A DNA stretch of 64,000 nucleotides, from assembly GCA_965218095.1 (NCBI GenBank), contig OZ244587.1:704001-768000 (forward strand), in the 5' to 3' direction. This document shows, one piece after another, positions 8,248 through 18,718 of the stretch. The notes under the pieces were generated by a model that made no database searches, was not told the origin of the DNA, and saw only the letters and a program-made list of their open reading frames with translations. Origin of the DNA: Candidatus Poribacteria bacterium. GTDB taxonomy: Bacteria; Poribacteria; WGA-4E; PCPOR2b. Both the position numbers and the translations under genes were made by a program. The stretch's first letter is position 1. Each line of letters begins with the position of its first letter.

Positions 8248-10395
8248 TCATTTCTCTATTCCCATTCCAGGGAGTGCGCTCAAAAATTCCATCAACCACG
8301 GATCAGCAAAGTCTGCTGCAATCCGATTTGCGATTTGATCTTTTGAGATGGGAAACTGAAAAGACTTTCCCCGACGGAAACTCTCACCATATCTTTCCCA
8401 TGCCTCCTCAACAGGAACAACCTCAGGGATATTCACTGTTTGGAGCGATTCACACCCTGTCCGCCATGCGGCGGCAAAACCGTCTTTGATGAGGGTGGTC
8501 TCAACCGGAATCCAGGCATATCCGTTTATGGCCTGGTAGTAATCACTAGGCAAGCCCATCTCTTGTGCCTGATCGAGGGAAACCTGCCCGAGATCCAACG
8601 CCATTAATACATGGCCCGGCAGTTGGATGAGAGCAGTTCGAATACCAACTGACTCCAGCAGAGAGCAGTAAAGGGCTGTGCTGTCATCGCAATCACCGAA
8701 GGCGTATACATCGTCGTTCCCTGAGATTTGCCCCGTGAGGCGTTCTAACATTTCATGCGGATACTTAATCTCGTCGATGGTCCCACTTGCCCCCGGTATA
8801 TTCGGATCTGTTGCATAAGATATGCCATGTAAGGCGTTAAAAAGGAGCATGGCCTTATATAAGTTGGGCACCATCTCAGTTGTCTCGATCTCTGTCTTAA
8901 ATTCTGTGAGAACGCCATCCCTAAAAGCGTGGATTGCCGGATCTTCTGAGGAAATAAAGGAACCGAGTTTTGCAACAGAATCTAGCAGTGTCGTGTGGTT
9001 ACCGTGTAGCTTCAGGGTTGTCGTGGCGATTCGGTACGCCGTTCCGCCGCTCTCAATGACACGCACCCGTGCTTCGACGCGCTGGGCTTGGGCTAATTCC
9101 AATGCGCTGCGTGACAGAACGAGCTGACGCATCGGCACGGAAATTCGCTTGAACGGCTCCAGTACAATGTCAGACGCAACTTCTGTGCCTCCTTCGCCGA
9201 CGAATTGATCTATGAAAAGCTCAACTCGGACGGTTACGGGTTCATTGCGCTCGTTTTTGAGCCAGATCCTGCCGATTGAATCCTCCGATGTCAACGGGTA
9301 ATAACGCTCGAGATCGGCACGAGTAAATACCGGCGGCGTAACAGGTTCATCTAAGACGTGCTGTTCTGCTTCCGGATTTGGTGCAGCGTAGTAGTTGTAA
9401 TGGACGGGGTAGAGATTTCTCACACGAACCTGCTCAATGCGCACCGGCAACTTCCGAAAATCGAAGTTGAGCGAAAGCCCAACATAGGCCGTTGGCGGCA
9501 ACGTCGGGGGAATCAGATAGGCGACGTTAAAGTCCATCCATTTATACCTTACACTTCCACCCAGCGAATAGGTCGGTGGCTCAGACGTATGCAAATCTTT
9601 CTGGAATCCAGCACGGATTGCAAAATTTCGATTCGGCAAAAATTCTGCGCCGAGCTGCAACCGATCCGTCAGGTCTGCAGCAATAAGCCAACCGGAGACG
9701 GGCCGATAAGCGATACCGAACTTGTACGCCGTCGGAAAGACCTTTTCGCTAACATCTGAGTCGTGGCGTATCCATGTGCCGGCACTCAATCCAACGCCGG
9801 AGCCAAAACCGATGAAATCTTGCGCGAGAAATCCGATTGTCCAGCGGTGCTCTGGTTGGAAGATGACGCCAACATCCGCCCCCCAGCCTGTTGCTCCCCC
9901 TTTAGATCGCCCGTCCAGTGAAATCGACCATGTCAAATATTTCAGGTTTGCTCCAAGGGACAGTCGGGGCAATGGGGAGTAACTATAAGCGAAGTTGAAA
10001 CTGTTACGATTCGCGTCAAGTTCTTCGTCATCAATTCCGACTTGCAGCCAGTCAATACCCAGCGCCATTTTCTCCGATGCCGGCAAAACGGCGCTGAGAT
10101 AGCTCGTTTCTAACGCATCAAACAACTGCGATGGCGTCTGCTCGAACCCAACGGCATACCTGTCCAAACGGGTAAGTCCAGCGGGATTCCGACGAACGGC
10201 ATTTTCATCGTCCACGACGCCGATGAATGCTTCCCCGATGCCAATCGCGCGGACCCCCGTTGATGCCCGCTCTTCGATGGCGAATATTGGGATCGCAACG
10301 GATAACATGAAAAATATTGAAAGACAGTACCGCATTCCGAATCTCATGCGACGTGCACTCAGTTTTATCAAGGCTGTTTCGGTCATCCATATCAT
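8248..10395 (-). CDS. PorV/FadL-like outer-membrane beta-barrel fused to a transglutaminase-like domain
   Basis: Signal peptide, then GVRAIGIGEAFIGVVDDENAVRRNPAGL (PorV/FadL hatch motif) and amphipathic strands. C-terminal GDCDD...PGHV...WIPVETT. The true start may lie slightly downstream of 10395. Confidence 0.75.
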   Translation of the reverse strand: MIWMTETALIKLSARRMRFGMRYCLSIFFMLSVAIPIFAIEERASTGVRAIGIGEAFIGVVDDENAVRRNPAGLTRLDRYAVGFEQTPSQLFDALETSYLSAVLPASEKMALGIDWLQVGIDDEELDANRNSFNFAYSYSPLPRLSLGANLKYLTWSISLDGRSKGGATGWGADVGVIFQPEHRWTIGFLAQDFIGFGSGVGLSAGTWIRHDSDVSEKVFPTAYKFGIAYRPVSGWLIAADLTDRLQLGAEFLPNRNFAIRAGFQKDLHTSEPPTYSLGGSVRYKWMDFNVAYLIPPTLPPTAYVGLSLNFDFRKLPVRIEQVRVRNLYPVHYNYYAAPNPEAEQHVLDEPVTPPVFTRADLERYYPLTSEDSIGRIWLKNERNEPVTVRVELFIDQFVGEGGTEVASDIVLEPFKRISVPMRQLVLSRSALELAQAQRVEARVRVIESGGTAYRIATTTLKLHGNHTTLLDSVAKLGSFISSEDPAIHAFRDGVLTEFKTEIETTEMVPNLYKAMLLFNALHGISYATDPNIPGASGTIDEIKYPHEMLERLTGQISGNDDVYAFGDCDDSTALYCSLLESVGIRTALIQLPGHVLMALDLGQVSLDQAQEMGLPSDYYQAINGYAWIPVETTLIKDGFAAAWRTGCESLQTVNIPEVVPVEEAWERYGESFRRGKSFQFPISKDQIANRIAADFADPWLMEFLSALPGMGIEK

Positions 10396-10693
10396 TGAGA
10401 CTTGAGGCGCTTTAATGGGTAACGAAATGCAGATTCCAAAATCTGTGACAATAGAAATTCCCCACGCTCCCGTTGGCAGGAAATTTGGACTGTGACAAGC
10501 GATGTTTTGACAGCAGGCAATTTTGATTGTATAATTTTACCATTAAAAATTCACAAAGGAGACAAATAAGATAGTAAAGCCACAGTTCATGTGCGAAATG
10601 GTAAGCGGCACTTCGTAATTTCTAACCGCCTTCGCCGTTTGTCTCGTCTTCCAGAATCCCGTTCCTCACGTTTTACGTTTCACGCTTTATTCC

Positions 10694-13600
10694 TTAATTA
10701 TTCTGCACCACAACGACTTTCGTCCCCAATGCTCCCTCCCCTTCAACGGTGACGAAGTAAAAATTGCTGACAACCCGCCGATTCTCATCATCACGCCCGT
10801 CCCACTCGAAGACATGTCCTCCGACTGACAAGGGTTCTGATTCTTTTAGTAACCGTCGCAATCGTCCGGCTTCATTATAGATTTTAATCGTTATGTCGTC
10901 AGGACGATTTAATCGAAACGAGATCCGCGTTGAGCCCCGGCTGGGCGAAAACACGCGTGGCTGGCATGTCAGATCGGAGATGATTGTGTTCCCTTCTGCT
11001 TTTACAGCAGGCCTTGTTGTGATGGCGTACCGTCCAAGCATCGAAACCACCGTTGAGATTGTTCTGCGCTGTGTATCGATTGTCCCACCAATAGGAAGCC
11101 ATGTTTTGCCATTCCAGCGAGCGATTGTCAAGGTTTCTTTCGCTTTGGAGCGCGAAAACACTGTTGCCGTATCTTCGACGGAGAATTCGATTGTTGCCGG
11201 CTTTAGCCGGTGTAGCTGCAAGTCTTCCGGTGCAAAATCATAAACGTGAAACGTAAACTCCCCATGGGTGCGGACAGAGCCTGCTCTCGCGTAGCGGACT
11301 CCACTTCGTTGTGAAACGTGATTTGCTGCCCCCTCTGGTACTGGATTAACTGTGACGATCGTTGTCTCTAGCAGACTGTTGGGCGGGAACACAATTTTTG
11401 CACGACCGTCTTGGCTTTCTGCCATGCCCGCCCTTTCATGTGCGACCCTTTGACTGAAAAACACAATGACTCGAGCGACACTTTCATGCCCAACCTTATC
11501 TTTGACACGCAACCGCAATGTGTATAGCCTAGATAAGTTGGGTGCATCCCATAACGCCAATGTATCGTGGGTGACAGGGCTCGAAAACGCTGGCGGTTTG
11601 GAGATGGGTAGCCAGCCATCAGGAGATTCTCCGGAACCGTATTCAATGGTATATTCCTTGAAATTTCGGTCATTTGCTGTGCCGTGGATCTCAATTCTCT
11701 GCGGCAATTGTTGGTTCTCAGTCGGGGAAAGGATTTCGGCTTGCGGCAGGAGCCCATCAACAGGCACCGTAATCCTCGCCTCCACGGGACCTGCTCCCGA
11801 TTGGTCTTGAGCAATTAAGCGAATCTCATACTCGCCATCTATTTTTGGCGGCTCCCATGTTCCCAACACGCCCTCCCGTTTCGGTGCGGTAAACGTACCA
11901 ATCTCTTGCCATTCGCCTCCTGCCATGGATCTGACTTCTAAGCGATACCACGCGAGGTGTGCATCGTCCGCTGTGCCGCGAATCTCAACCGCTTCCGATA
12001 CAAATTGGCCGTCGATGGGCTGGGAAATCCGAACTTCGGGTATATTGGCATCAATCTCGACCTGCACTGAATCGTCGGCTTGATTTCCCGCCCCATCCTG
12101 AACGTCGAGCCGGAGTTCATACGTTCCTGAAATCTGGGGCGGATTCCAAATCGCCAGTGTCGCACCCCGTTTCGCCGCAATGGGCGATGGTGTAGGAATC
12201 TGCTCCGGCTCGTCGCCGGTAAGGGCACGAAACGTCAGTTGATACGCCTCGAAATGTGTATCATCTGCTGTACCAATCACCTCAATGCTTCCTGCTCCCA
12301 AAACCGCTCCATCCTTTGGGAATTCTATGACGGTTTCAGGCGGCGTGTTATCCAGGGTGACGATTTTCTCGTCCGTTGAAGGGTGTCCATAACTATCAGT
12401 TGCCTTCAGGCGTAACACGTATTCACCGTCAGGCAGTCCAGATTCATTTGTATTCCAACGCGCAATCTCCTCTTCAGTGAAACGGGACTGTCCGCGTCGG
12501 ATGATTCCTCCCGTCGACGGCTCAGAATTCGGTGGACGAGGGCGATAGTCCAAACTGAAATTTTCAATAATTGCGTCCTGAGCGGTCCCCACATCAACCG
12601 TACCGATGATAATGACCTCTCCCTTGATCGGCTGTGTGCCGTCCGGTTGCAAGATCGCAACAAACGGCTTTGCCGATTCATTTTTCAGGTTGACACTGAT
12701 AAGGGCTGACTCGCCACGATTGCCCGCAGTATCACTGACGCTCGCCCGGAGCAGTATCATACCATAGAACCTTGAAGTATTCCAGTTTATTGTGCGGTGG
12801 ACCTCTGTGTGCCCTTCCGTGACTGTTCCACGAGCGAGCTCGATCCAATCCAGATTGTTTCCGTTTTCTTCGGTGGACGCGCCCGTTTGTGGTGGGGACG
12901 TATATTCTAACACATAGTCACTTAGATGTGCATCGGCCAACTCGATTTCGATCTCGGCTTCGCCTGAAATTGAGGCGTTATCCTCTGGTTGCTTTATTTT
13001 CACCCGAGGGAGTGTGTTATCAACTTCAACGGTGACCGACTCCGCGGCACGATGTTGCCGATCAAATTGACCATTCGGAGTATCCCGTACCACCAACCGA
13101 ATCGCGTATAAATCATCGGCGACAGTTTGTGTATTCCAACGATAAAGCGTATCTCCTTTGACCGGCACCGTCGAAACGAAAGGCGGCGGCGGTGTACCCG
13201 AAACTGAATCTCCGGGAAAGATACGGATCTGATAATCCAAGAAATCCGTTTCATCCGTCGCGGTTCCCTCGATTTCATAAACGCCGCCAATCACAGCCTC
13301 CGGTTTTGGGTTGGTAATACTCACGCTCGGCGCGAGGGAGTCAATCACAAATTCTGCACTCGCCCCCACCGCATCCACGTTGCCTTCCCTATCAGTGGCA
13401 TGGACTATAAAACGATGCTGTCCTTCTACAAGGCTTGACAATAGCGCACGCTTATCAAGACCGCCATCGTCGGTGGGGGTCGGCGGTCCGTTGTCGAGTT
13501 GGTAGACATAGTGAAGTTCTCCTGTTGGCGTGCTGGCATCGCCGCCTTCAAACTTAAAGACGACGCTGGTGTCTCCGACAATTTCGCCATTTGTCGGTCC

Positions 13601-15700
13601 GTCGGTAATCCGTGTGCGAGGCGGAATCATCTCCGGATTAAAGCGGCTGACTCCGCCACTATCCTTACTGCCAAACCAGAGTCCCCCGTCCGCTTCGGTG
13701 ATTGCCGAGATGTTGTTACTGTTGAGCCCTTCGCTCGCAGTCAGTGTCCGCTCAAACCGACCGTTTTGGAATAGACTGACTCCATCAGCCGTTCCAATCC
13801 AGATCCGATTCCTTCCATCACGGTAAAGTGCCTGCACATGGTTATCCACCAATCCGTCAGTGGTTGTCAGTGAAGTGGTGAGACTTAACGTATCTTCGTC
13901 AAAAATCTGAATACCGGTATCTGTTCCGACCCAGGTCTCGCCGGTAGACGCTTCTAAAATGGTGTTAATCGAGAGTTGTTCAGGCAGGCTGTAGATTCGG
14001 TTCAAATTTAACCCGTCGTAAACCCACAGGTCGCTACCGCCTTCATCGTTCCCAACCGTTCCGAAGTACATCCGCCCCAGCGAGTCTGTGAACATAACGA
14101 CGATTGTCCGACCAATCTCCGGAAATAGATTCCTTTCCCATTGTATCCCGTCATAACGGTCTAAACCGGGGAGGTCATCTGTCGGCAAAAAACCCGTTCC
14201 GGTCCAAACATCGCCAACTGAATCGACGACGATCGATTGAACGCTATTGACGTTAATATCTGGAAGCCGAAAAATTTCCCATGAAACCCCATCGAAAACG
14301 CCAAGGCCGGCGTTAGTTCCAACCCAGATTCGCCCCCGAAAATCTTCGGCTAACGCGCGAATCTCATTTCCCGGAGGCCCACTGACCAACTCAACCCCAT
14401 TCATCGTATAGCGGCTCAATCCATTGCGCGTCCCAACCCAAAGCTCGCCCCGCCGGTCTGTCAACATCGCTGTCACACTGTCGTCGCTCAATCCGTTATC
14501 TGTAGTGATCGACTTCCATGACCGATCTGAAAAATTGACCCCATTATCGCGGGTCCCGACCCAGATCTCGCCGGTTCGTGTTTCAAACAGCGTCTGGATA
14601 TTGTTGCTTGCTAAACTATTTGCTCTTGTCAGATGACGCCAATGCCCGAAATCGCGGAGCACCGCAGGAGAGAATTGTGACGGCGTGCGAAATTGGCTAA
14701 CGCCGGCAGTTGTCCCGATCCAGATCGTTGCCTCCCTATCGCTCATTATGGATTGCACATTGTTTCCGATTAAGAGCCCATTCTGCGCCGTTACAACATG
14801 CCAGGTCAAACCGTCGTAAACCGCCGCGCCCCCCGTTGTGCCGACCCAGAGATTGCCGATGTGGTCTTCCAAAATTGCCTGCACGTCACCATTCGGTAAG
14901 CCATCGTTCACGCTAAAAATTTCCCACCCCACGCCATCGAAACGGCTGACAAGGTTCCCACTTTGGAGACGGTTGCTCCGTGAAAGTCCAAACCAGAGGT
15001 CCCCAACCTCATCCTCATAGATGACCTGTACGCCTTGATCGAGTTGTCCAACTGCCGCGTCATTGACAGGACACCAAATTTCGCCGTCAAACCAGTTGAC
15101 GCCAAGCGGCGTCCCGATCCAGATTTCACCATTTTGGCGCTGGATCATCGTCACAACACGCGCTCCGATACCGATCAATCCCCTTTCACCCGTATCGTGT
15201 TGCAGCCAGTCAATCTGTTGCCGTGAATCGTTCCATACACCTCGATAGACCCCCGCGTTTGTCGCAACCCAGATAAAGCCCGCAACGCCTTCAAAAACCT
15301 CGAAAACATCATTGTCTTGGGGGCCCCCGTCCGACATGCCGGCCTCGTGCCAGAAACCGTCCAAACGGCTCAAACCCTTGTCTGTCCCCAACCAGATTTG
15401 CCCGAATCGATCTTCAGTGATGGTTCTAACGTTGTTGCTGCTCAGACCATCGCCGATTCGCGTGAAATTTCGCCATTGGAAGTTTTGCTGGGCAAATGTG
15501 ACGCCGGGCGTCAGGAAGGAAAGAATAAGGAAAAGCGTGAAAGGTGACAGGTGAAACGTGAAGCGTAAAGTGTATTGGGAAAATAAGAGGAGGCGGAAAT
15601 GAGGAAATCGGGAGATGAAAAAATAGAGAAATGCGCTCATTGTGTAGATGTCCAAATTAACGACGCTGATCGCTTTGTTAGCATTTGGAGTTTTGGTCAA
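10694..15700 (-). CDS. Large secreted protein: two-component-regulator propeller (Reg_prop) repeats, Y_Y_Y-like domain, Ig-like repeats, C-terminal FlgD-Ig
   Basis: Repeated DGLxxNxVxxIxEDxxGxIWxGTxxG, multiple DNTxPxVxIxxP Ig repeats, C-terminal PRVFSP...IKIYNEAGRLRR...WDGRDDENRRV. Start uncertain (15640-15700). Confidence 0.85.
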   Translation of the reverse strand: MTKTPNANKAISVVNLDIYTMSAFLYFFISRFPHFRLLLFSQYTLRFTFHLSPFTLFLILSFLTPGVTFAQQNFQWRNFTRIGDGLSSNNVRTITEDRFGQIWLGTDKGLSRLDGFWHEAGMSDGGPQDNDVFEVFEGVAGFIWVATNAGVYRGVWNDSRQQIDWLQHDTGERGLIGIGARVVTMIQRQNGEIWIGTPLGVNWFDGEIWCPVNDAAVGQLDQGVQVIYEDEVGDLWFGLSRSNRLQSGNLVSRFDGVGWEIFSVNDGLPNGDVQAILEDHIGNLWVGTTGGAAVYDGLTWHVVTAQNGLLIGNNVQSIMSDREATIWIGTTAGVSQFRTPSQFSPAVLRDFGHWRHLTRANSLASNNIQTLFETRTGEIWVGTRDNGVNFSDRSWKSITTDNGLSDDSVTAMLTDRRGELWVGTRNGLSRYTMNGVELVSGPPGNEIRALAEDFRGRIWVGTNAGLGVFDGVSWEIFRLPDINVNSVQSIVVDSVGDVWTGTGFLPTDDLPGLDRYDGIQWERNLFPEIGRTIVVMFTDSLGRMYFGTVGNDEGGSDLWVYDGLNLNRIYSLPEQLSINTILEASTGETWVGTDTGIQIFDEDTLSLTTSLTTTDGLVDNHVQALYRDGRNRIWIGTADGVSLFQNGRFERTLTASEGLNSNNISAITEADGGLWFGSKDSGGVSRFNPEMIPPRTRITDGPTNGEIVGDTSVVFKFEGGDASTPTGELHYVYQLDNGPPTPTDDGGLDKRALLSSLVEGQHRFIVHATDREGNVDAVGASAEFVIDSLAPSVSITNPKPEAVIGGVYEIEGTATDETDFLDYQIRIFPGDSVSGTPPPPFVSTVPVKGDTLYRWNTQTVADDLYAIRLVVRDTPNGQFDRQHRAAESVTVEVDNTLPRVKIKQPEDNASISGEAEIEIELADAHLSDYVLEYTSPPQTGASTEENGNNLDWIELARGTVTEGHTEVHRTINWNTSRFYGMILLRASVSDTAGNRGESALISVNLKNESAKPFVAILQPDGTQPIKGEVIIIGTVDVGTAQDAIIENFSLDYRPRPPNSEPSTGGIIRRGQSRFTEEEIARWNTNESGLPDGEYVLRLKATDSYGHPSTDEKIVTLDNTPPETVIEFPKDGAVLGAGSIEVIGTADDTHFEAYQLTFRALTGDEPEQIPTPSPIAAKRGATLAIWNPPQISGTYELRLDVQDGAGNQADDSVQVEIDANIPEVRISQPIDGQFVSEAVEIRGTADDAHLAWYRLEVRSMAGGEWQEIGTFTAPKREGVLGTWEPPKIDGEYEIRLIAQDQSGAGPVEARITVPVDGLLPQAEILSPTENQQLPQRIEIHGTANDRNFKEYTIEYGSGESPDGWLPISKPPAFSSPVTHDTLALWDAPNLSRLYTLRLRVKDKVGHESVARVIVFFSQRVAHERAGMAESQDGRAKIVFPPNSLLETTIVTVNPVPEGAANHVSQRSGVRYARAGSVRTHGEFTFHVYDFAPEDLQLHRLKPATIEFSVEDTATVFSRSKAKETLTIARWNGKTWLPIGGTIDTQRRTISTVVSMLGRYAITTRPAVKAEGNTIISDLTCQPRVFSPSRGSTRISFRLNRPDDITIKIYNEAGRLRRLLKESEPLSVGGHVFEWDGRDDENRRVVSNFYFVTVEGEGALGTKVVVVQNN

Positions 15701-15932
15701 CAGGCTCTTGAAGTGTGCATCCGAGAATCAGACAAATAGTTGGAAATGACAACCGTCGCTTCCTTACCCAGATATTGCTTTGCGAGAAATAGAGAGCGAG
15801 ACCTGTTTTTCATTGCGCCGCTACGCTCCTTCTATTTATAGTTTGTATCAAATGACCCCATGAGCTAAACTATGGCGAACCCTATAAATAAGTAGACATT
15901 TTCTTATATTGCTGGTATCCTATAGTTATTAT

Positions 15933-17041
15933 GAGGGGTGTGCATAAATATAGTTGACATAATCAAGCCAAAAGGGTTTCCTATTGTTATCATAGCAAAA
16001 GGAGCCCCAATATGGTACAAAGACCAATGTTGGCTGATTATGTCACTCTTATTATGCAACTCTTTGAGCAGTTTATGCAACACCGTATTGACAAACCAGG
16101 TGTCACACACGCAAAACCATTGACATATTCAACCACCTCGTTTATCATTTTCTTCATGTTGATGCAGTTTCACGGCATCTATGGCTTCAAAACGCAATGG
16201 CGGTGGCTAATCAATCACCCAGAAGTGTTACAAATGCTGGGGTGGCAACAGCCCCCTCATCGAACCACGATTGCACGTCGCTATAAGGCATTATATGAAG
16301 TGATAGAGGTATTTGTATTGTTTATCGGTCAGTATGCCACTGACTTGTCCCAACAATTCAACTTGGCTCATCTGGTAGCCGACAAAAGTTTATTTAAGGC
16401 ACGAGGACCCGTCTGGCATCAAACTGACCGCAAAGCAGGAAAAGTACCTAAACATCTACGCAACCTCGACACCGATGCCACGTGGAGCAAGAGTGGTTAT
16501 CATGGCTGGGTCTATGGCTACGGACTTCACATTATCTGCACACAAGGTGCGTTCCCAACACTGATAACTGTGCACCGTGCGTCGGTCTCCGAAAGTTGGG
16601 CGATAGATGCTAAAGCGTCTGAGATTCTGACACAACTTTCACCGCAGACACTCACTGCCGATGATGCCTATACCCAAGCAGACCGTATCCGTCGTTGGGC
16701 GAAGGCACAAGTCGCTTTGATTACCCCGGCACTTAGATGGACAAAGGGACGGTTTGCCAAGGCGTATCATCGATTTATCAACCAACCCAAGCAGCGTCTC
16801 TGTTTAAGCAAACGTCGCAGTTCGGTTGAACCGTTGTTTGACTTGATTGCTAAAGTGATAGGCGCCACTCCTCAACAGAAGCAGTTACCGGTCAAGGGGT
16901 TTTTCAATGTACGCTGTTGTTTAGCTATCGGGGTGTTATCAGTGCAAGTGGCTATGATTGCCAATGCCATATGGAAGTTACCTGCTCGCAATATCTCTCA
17001 TATGGCGGCTGTTTTCCAATGAACTACTATGCACACCCCTC
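15933..17041 (+). mobile_element. IS element (DDE_Tnp_1 type, IS982/IS5-like) inserted at the start codon of an IS630 transposase
   Basis: TIRs GAGGGGTGTGCATA (15933-15946) and TATGCACACCCCTC (17028-17041); 9-bp TSD AGTTATTAT at 15924-15932 and 17042-17050. Confidence 0.9.
16012..17022 (+). CDS. DDE transposase, apparently intact
   Basis: PHRTTIARR, VADKSL, DTDATW...GWVYGYGLH, TADDAY and RSSVEPLF motifs; RBS AGGAG. Confidence 0.88.
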   Translation: MVQRPMLADYVTLIMQLFEQFMQHRIDKPGVTHAKPLTYSTTSFIIFFMLMQFHGIYGFKTQWRWLINHPEVLQMLGWQQPPHRTTIARRYKALYEVIEVFVLFIGQYATDLSQQFNLAHLVADKSLFKARGPVWHQTDRKAGKVPKHLRNLDTDATWSKSGYHGWVYGYGLHIICTQGAFPTLITVHRASVSESWAIDAKASEILTQLSPQTLTADDAYTQADRIRRWAKAQVALITPALRWTKGRFAKAYHRFINQPKQRLCLSKRRSSVEPLFDLIAKVIGATPQQKQLPVKGFFNVRCCLAIGVLSVQVAMIANAIWKLPARNISHMAAVFQ

Positions 17042-17048
17042 AGTTATT

Positions 17049-17852
17049 ATGGCCTATTCTTTAGATTTACGCAAACGCGTCTTAGATTTTATCGCAGCTG
17101 GCGGTGGCAAGACCGAAGCGAGCCGCCGTTTTTCCGTCGCCCGCTCAACGCTGTATAAGTGGTTGAATGCGCCTGACCCGCTCAAACGTCAGAAACCAGG
17201 GCCCCGTCGCCCGCGAACCCTTGACCCCGATGCGCTGAGAAAACATGTCGCTGATTTTCCAGACCAGACCTACGCCGAGCGCGCAGCTCATTTTGGTGTG
17301 TCAAAGTCTTGTATCGGGTATGGGCTGAAAAATATCGGTTGCACCCGAAAAAAAAGTCTCGGATATAAGGAGCAATGCGCTGAAAAACGACAAGCGTATC
17401 TTCAGCAACTCGCACAAGTGAAAGCCTCTGGTAAGTCTTTTGTTTATGTCGATGAGAGTGGGTTTCGAGACGAAAGTTATAGACGTTATGGGTATGCACC
17501 CAAAGGGGAAAAAGTCTTTGGACTTATCTCAAGCCAACGCACCCGGACAGCGACACTTATTGCGGCACGGGTGTTCAAAGGGAGCTGCAAAGCGGTAGAT
17601 TTCAATGACTGGTTAGCTGAACAGTTATGTCCACGTTTGACTTCAAAACAGGTTGTAATCCTTGATAATGCGCGGCTTCACAAAACACCTCGGACCCGAG
17701 AGTTGATAGAGGCTTCAGGAGCGAGTCTGATGTTCCTACCGCCTTATTCTCCAGATTACAATCCGATTGAACACGATTTTGCCAATATCAAGCGATACCG
17801 AGAATATCACCCCGAAACCACACTTCACGATATTATTCAAATGTACCATTAA
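17049..17852 (+). CDS. IS630-family transposase
   Basis: MAYSLDLRKRV HTH, VYVDESGF, VILDNARLHK, FLPPYSPDYNPIE. In frame across the A8 run; element ends are degenerate. Confidence 0.9.
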   Translation: MAYSLDLRKRVLDFIAAGGGKTEASRRFSVARSTLYKWLNAPDPLKRQKPGPRRPRTLDPDALRKHVADFPDQTYAERAAHFGVSKSCIGYGLKNIGCTRKKSLGYKEQCAEKRQAYLQQLAQVKASGKSFVYVDESGFRDESYRRYGYAPKGEKVFGLISSQRTRTATLIAARVFKGSCKAVDFNDWLAEQLCPRLTSKQVVILDNARLHKTPRTRELIEASGASLMFLPPYSPDYNPIEHDFANIKRYREYHPETTLHDIIQMYH

Positions 17853-17905
17853 TTCTAAGATCTACCATAAAAGGAGATGGTATTGCCATCAACTACAATC
17901 CACTC

Positions 17906-18718
17906 ATGGAGGTCAATATGAAACCACAAAGCAATACAGCCTACGGTATCAACCGTCTACAATCAAAGACCGCAAGGGCAGCCATCATTCAGAAGATTTC
18001 ATCAGACTTTAATCTAATGCCACTGATTGCCGAAGCCTACTATAAACAGATTGCTTCCTACTTTGCTCAACATGCCGAAATTGAACTCACGTCAGGCCAA
18101 ATCTGCTATGAGGCAGTCGCAGCCGATGAACCGGCAGGCAAACATATCGCGTTAGCGAAAAAAGTCTCATGTCAACTCACTCTCAATGATGTCCAAACTG
18201 ACCTTGAGATGTTAGCCGATTATGGGCTTTCTGGACTCAGACGCCATCGAATTCTCCGATTAACCAAACAAGCCTATGACCAAGATGCCCTGCTCAGCTA
18301 TGAAGATTTAGCGGTGCTATTAACCACCAGTCCAGCGACCGTCAAGCGCGACATTCGACAGTTGAAACAGGACGGTTACTTTGTTATGACTCGCGGTGCC
18401 AAACATGACATGGGGCCTGGCATCTCTCATAAGACTCAGATTCTGGAATTGTACTTCAAAGGGTATCAGTTCACTGAAATTGAGCAAAAGACTAATCATA
18501 CCCAACGAGCGGTCTGGCGATACTTGCGCGATTTCACACAGGTAGCAAGCCTCCATCATCAAGGCTTTCCAAAGGGACAGATACGGCTCATTACGCATCT
18601 ATCGGACCGACTAATTCGGGAGTATCTCTTGCTATATGATGAGTACCAACAAACACAACGAATGACTCAACTCCTTCACCCGGAACCGGTTGATGCGGAA
18701 AAGGGGAACCCCTCATGA
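17906..18718 (+). CDS. DUF1670-like protein (HTH-containing, unknown function)
   Basis: RILRLTKQAYDQDALLSYEDLAVLLTTSPATVKRDI...TRGAKHDMGPGISHKTQILELY...HTQRAVWRYLRDF. Confidence 0.8.
   Translation: MEVNMKPQSNTAYGINRLQSKTARAAIIQKISSDFNLMPLIAEAYYKQIASYFAQHAEIELTSGQICYEAVAADEPAGKHIALAKKVSCQLTLNDVQTDLEMLADYGLSGLRRHRILRLTKQAYDQDALLSYEDLAVLLTTSPATVKRDIRQLKQDGYFVMTRGAKHDMGPGISHKTQILELYFKGYQFTEIEQKTNHTQRAVWRYLRDFTQVASLHHQGFPKGQIRLITHLSDRLIREYLLLYDEYQQTQRMTQLLHPEPVDAEKGNPS

Noticed and set aside
15697-15813. 38-codon ORF with a good RBS overlapping the start of the 1668-aa gene
   Set aside because: No recognisable motif; could be a leader or a frameshifted start, but cannot be supported.
16917-17048. 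N-terminal extension of the IS630 ORF in the ORF track
   Set aside because: It lies inside the inserted IS; the true start is the MAYSLDLR ATG at 17049.
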